The position numbers were made by a program, and so were the translations under genes. A DNA stretch of 19,325 nt from Candidatus Cloacimonadota bacterium (GTDB taxonomy: Bacteria; Cloacimonadota; Cloacimonadia; Cloacimonadales; WRIO01). The number at the start of each line of letters is the position of its first letter. Positions within the stretch are counted from its first letter, which is position 1. The notes under the pieces were generated by a model. It worked only from the letters and a program-made list of their open reading frames with translations. It had not been told where the DNA came from and searched no databases. Below, one piece after another: positions 16,097 through 19,325 of this stretch. The stretch covers positions 1 to 19,325 of the forward strand of contig JAKQQL010000248.1 of NCBI GenBank assembly GCA_029564175.1, written 5' to 3'.

Positions 16097-17143
16097 TCAC
16101 CAAACAATATATCCATCTCTTTCAACCCAATCTGTGCAAACGAAGTCTTTGTATTCAACAGCTGAAATTTCTTCTGGGTCTTTGAGTTTAGGAACTCTAT
16201 CATAATGAGTGGAAGTTATTTCAAATTCATATACTTTCCATAATTTGAATTTCGTGTCAATTACAAATGGCTTCAAGGCTATATTTTGTGCATCAAGTTT
16301 GTTTCCAACACTCGGGTAAATAATACATTCGAAATTATAATCAGGATTAGGTTCATTTTCAATTTCGAATACCCTCTTGGAAAAAAGTGCTGAATAGAGA
16401 TATTCCAGATGATGTGTAACCGGTTTAGCAAATTCATCATTAATAAAATTGAACATCACTCCCATCCAATCAAATAGAAGTGGATCAACCTTGGTTGATA
16501 GTCTTTCATAAGCATAATAGGCAGCATGAGCATCATAATTTACTTTATATTTCATGGGATTAGGACAGATGGGATAGCTGATTACTTTAACTTGATCACC
16601 AGCTACAGGAATCCACTGGCCTATTGTTACAAATCTGCCAACTTCCGGTTTAGTTTCAAGCAGGACATTATCTATTGAAAAAGATCCATAGAACACATTG
16701 AAGTCTGGAGTATTTGCTCTATTAAATTTCTTATTCCTCTGGACAATTTCTAAAGGTGGGTAGCTTAGGTATTTTCCTTCTCTTATACGATCAGGTTTAC
16801 CAAGTATAGATTCATTGTCTACCAATCTGAACAACCGATATATATATAAATCATTACTTTGCGCAATTAAATAAGTAAAAATATAAAGATAATATTCAAG
16901 AAATTCTTGGATCTCTGATTTCCCTAAGGCCTTTAAATCAAAATCCTTTAGTTTTGGAATAACATTTTTGTAGAAATCTATACATTCTTTAAGCTTATTT
17001 TTTTCATCATCATTTATCGACTGCTTGGCAAGAAGTTTGTTTGTAATAACTTGTTCATCAGTAGTGCTTAGGTCATTCCATCTTTTTACAAAAGGGATCT
17101 CTGGCAAATCCTTATATGTCAATTTATATTGTGGATGCTCCAT
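16097..17143 (-). CDS. RES-domain-like protein
   Basis: LFRL...NRANTP...FYGS...VLLE...EYLYS...IIYPSV...NIAL, the same motif series as 14133-15026. Confidence 0.7.
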   Translation of the reverse strand: MEHPQYKLTYKDLPEIPFVKRWNDLSTTDEQVITNKLLAKQSINDDEKNKLKECIDFYKNVIPKLKDFDLKALGKSEIQEFLEYYLYIFTYLIAQSNDLYIYRLFRLVDNESILGKPDRIREGKYLSYPPLEIVQRNKKFNRANTPDFNVFYGSFSIDNVLLETKPEVGRFVTIGQWIPVAGDQVKVISYPICPNPMKYKVNYDAHAAYYAYERLSTKVDPLLFDWMGVMFNFINDEFAKPVTHHLEYLYSALFSKRVFEIENEPNPDYNFECIIYPSVGNKLDAQNIALKPFVIDTKFKLWKVYEFEITSTHYDRVPKLKDPEEISAVEYKDFVCTDWVERDGYIVW

Positions 17144-17167
17144 AATAACATAAACAAAGTGATGAAT

Positions 17168-19213
17168 CTATTCCATCAACGTCTTCACCAAACAATCCCT
17201 CAAATCCGTATAGTATTGAATATTGATTTTCGTTATCATGTCATCGGAGAGTTCATTTAACTGCTTCCTTGCATTAAGTGGGATGAGCAGTGTTGTGGCT
17301 CCTTTTTCAATGGCAATTTCGGCAATATTTACAGCACCGTAAACCAAATCAAGAGATCCTCCAAGGTTCAGTTGGCCGACTATGGCCATACCCCCCTTGG
17401 TATTCTTTTCAAGTATTGAACTGCACATGGTCATCAATACTGCCATTCCCATACCATCTCCACTCTTGGAAGCATCAAATGCTCTCAGTTGTATTGAAAA
17501 TTCATGAGAACGGGGATCTCGGTCACCCACCAATTCTTTGCCCTTGCTATATAGGTTCTGTTCTGCATATCTGACACTTTCCTGAAACTGTGGTGGTATT
17601 GGTCTGTTAAGGATCTTTACCCCTGATCCTGGACCTGAACTGACTTCAATCCGATACAAACCATTTGGTTCCTCACTGCCACCAGCATTAATTGCCCAGA
17701 TTTGTCCCGGTGGTAATGGATCTTCAGTAATGGTGTTTTCACTATGTATTTCAGGAGTCGTAACAAACGTTTCGACTCCATTTTCTCCAAGCCTATAACT
17801 GAAGTGAGTGTTCCGGAACTCCGCAGAACCGATTCTTTTTTGCTGCTCCTTTACTCTTCTTCTATATTCAAGGGATACTTTAATTGCCCATTCTAATAAT
17901 TCGTCTGGCACTGGTGCCTCAGGATTGGGTTGCATTAATTTGAGCAACCCGTTTAGGGTTTTGTTTGCTCCTGAGATATCCCTGCCGCTTAGAGCACTAC
18001 CGTAATCAATGCGACCCAGGACAGAGTGAATCCGATTGATGTCTCTTAACCGTGTCCAGCACTCTGCAAGAAAATCACTGACCAATCCGAAATGATTTGT
18101 TAAATATGATTTATTAAGTTTTGGGAAATCCCATCCCGGAACATACGCATGGATCCTATCCATAAAGGCTGTATCATCCCTCATTTCTTTCGGTAATGGA
18201 CCAAAAAGGTGACTTATCCGTTGCTGGTGTTCAACATCCACTTCAAAATTTCCAACCATGACAATCCCGCCATCGGCACGTATCGGTTCCTTTCCCCGGC
18301 TGAATTCACCACTTTCCATATACCCCTTCATGATGTTTACTCCATCTTTCTGGTCGAAGGAAATTCCGGATACTTCATCAAAACAGACAACATCATATTT
18401 GCATACCAGGCCTCTTTCTCCGCTACCCATATTCACAAACATTTTCGCAACCGTAGCTTTACCGCCAGAGACCAGGTGTGAATACGGAGAAATTTGCTGG
18501 TAAAGGTGCGATTTGCCTGTTCCTCTGGGGCCTAATTCAATCAGGTTAAAGTTCCTCTCAACGAAAGGAATCATGCGTACAAAAAGAACATTCTTTGCCT
18601 TTTCTGACAACATGGATGGCTCCATCCCAACACTACGAATCAACAAGTCTTTCCATTCTTCAAGCGTATAATTTTCTCGCCCCTTGTATAAAATATCCAG
18701 AACATTTCGCTGGGATAACTGGATCGGACGAATGTTGTTGATTCCGAAAGGCCTGCCGTTGCTCTCCTGGGCAATAGCAGCGTCATATTGTAGTTCGACC
18801 TCAGCATAGAAACCACCTGTAAGCATCCTGTCATTAGCATTAACCATTTCAGCAGAAATGCGAACCTTTGTCAGCTGCAGGCTTGGCAAAGTAGCCACAT
18901 AACTGTCGGATGCTGTATCCAGCTTTGCGGTAATGATATCGATCAATTTGATCGAACCCTGCTCTCTGGCTTTTGATTTAAAGTACTCTTCTTCGCCAGG
19001 CCTGACTGTACGGTCTTTCAGTTGTCTTGAAACAATCTCAAGGCCTTCTTGTATCTCCTGTTCGTTTGTTGTAGCACAATATCTACCCAGCAAAAATTCA
19101 ATAACATATGTTGGCACAGGATAGGTCTTTCGGAATTGTTCAAGCAAATCTTTGCGAACTATATAACCTTCAAAGGCTTGTGCTGAGATCTGGTCTAATT
19201 TATCTAATTCCAT
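17168..19213 (-). CDS. brxL: BREX system BrxL (AAA+ ATPase with Lon-like C-terminal domain)
   Basis: VRKDL, VPTYVIEFLLGRYC, Walker A ELGPRGTGKS, FDEV, MKGYMESGEFSRG, DTAFMDRIHAYVPGW, and a Lon-like C-terminus. 681 aa. Confidence 0.93.
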   Translation of the reverse strand: MELDKLDQISAQAFEGYIVRKDLLEQFRKTYPVPTYVIEFLLGRYCATTNEQEIQEGLEIVSRQLKDRTVRPGEEEYFKSKAREQGSIKLIDIITAKLDTASDSYVATLPSLQLTKVRISAEMVNANDRMLTGGFYAEVELQYDAAIAQESNGRPFGINNIRPIQLSQRNVLDILYKGRENYTLEEWKDLLIRSVGMEPSMLSEKAKNVLFVRMIPFVERNFNLIELGPRGTGKSHLYQQISPYSHLVSGGKATVAKMFVNMGSGERGLVCKYDVVCFDEVSGISFDQKDGVNIMKGYMESGEFSRGKEPIRADGGIVMVGNFEVDVEHQQRISHLFGPLPKEMRDDTAFMDRIHAYVPGWDFPKLNKSYLTNHFGLVSDFLAECWTRLRDINRIHSVLGRIDYGSALSGRDISGANKTLNGLLKLMQPNPEAPVPDELLEWAIKVSLEYRRRVKEQQKRIGSAEFRNTHFSYRLGENGVETFVTTPEIHSENTITEDPLPPGQIWAINAGGSEEPNGLYRIEVSSGPGSGVKILNRPIPPQFQESVRYAEQNLYSKGKELVGDRDPRSHEFSIQLRAFDASKSGDGMGMAVLMTMCSSILEKNTKGGMAIVGQLNLGGSLDLVYGAVNIAEIAIEKGATTLLIPLNARKQLNELSDDMITKINIQYYTDLRDCLVKTLME

Positions 19214-19224
19214 AGCGGTATATT

Positions 19225-19325
19225 TTATTCACCAACAGTTGTTACTTTTTTATCTCTGATCCTTCCTTTATCATCTAATAATACAATGGTCGCAGATTGT
19301 GATTCCGCATCATCGCTTACCATTA
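19225..19325 (-). CDS. 3' end of the upstream gene, probably BREX PglZ (partial)
   Basis: Minus strand reads ...MVSDDAESQSATIVLLDDKGRIRDKKVTTVGE* (TAA at 19227-19225), 11 bp before the brxL ATG. pglZ normally precedes brxL in type 1 BREX. Confidence 0.6.
   Translation of the reverse strand, partial: MVSDDAESQSATIVLLDDKGRIRDKKVTTVGE

Larger units (their letters stand above)
12944..19325. mobile_element. Left part of a probable second (tandem) tRNA-Pro island carrying defence genes
   Basis: Starts with the same architecture as the first element's left end (hairpin with IHF-like site, then a tandem repeat). AT-rich accessory genes and BREX genes follow. The right end is outside the window. Confidence 0.6.

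Noticed and set aside
17168..17700. BrxL C-terminus as an active Lon protease
   Set aside because: The segment matching Lon DGPSAG reads SGDGMG, apparently without the catalytic Ser, so protease activity cannot be supported from sequence.
10473..19124. Nested ORFs at 10473, 13308, 14246, 17290, 17808, 18209, 18258, 18640 and 18933
   Set aside because: They lie wholly within longer, better-supported genes and have no independent evidence.

Overview
This is a Bacteroidota-like locus (TAnnTTTG promoter motifs). The 3' end of a response-regulator gene and tRNA-Pro(CGG) are followed by a 12.4-kb integrative element bounded by a 14-bp att repeat (570-583 and 12930-12943). The element carries an HUH Rep-like gene, a type I restriction-modification operon with an inserted PD-(D/E)xK nuclease gene, two tyrosine recombinases and a SprT-like protease. 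A second, probably tandem, defence island follows, with two RES-domain genes, brxL and the 3' end of a probable pglZ (BREX). The main finding is that the first element has almost eliminated the dinucleotide GpC. I count 9 by hand in about 12,360 bp, against roughly 300 expected, and the boundaries fall at the att sites. As a result its roughly 3,600 codons encode only 3 alanines, and conserved Ala positions in catalytic motifs are replaced by Ser/Gly/Cys/Thr/Val. This points to strong DNA-level selection by an unknown GpC-targeting agent.
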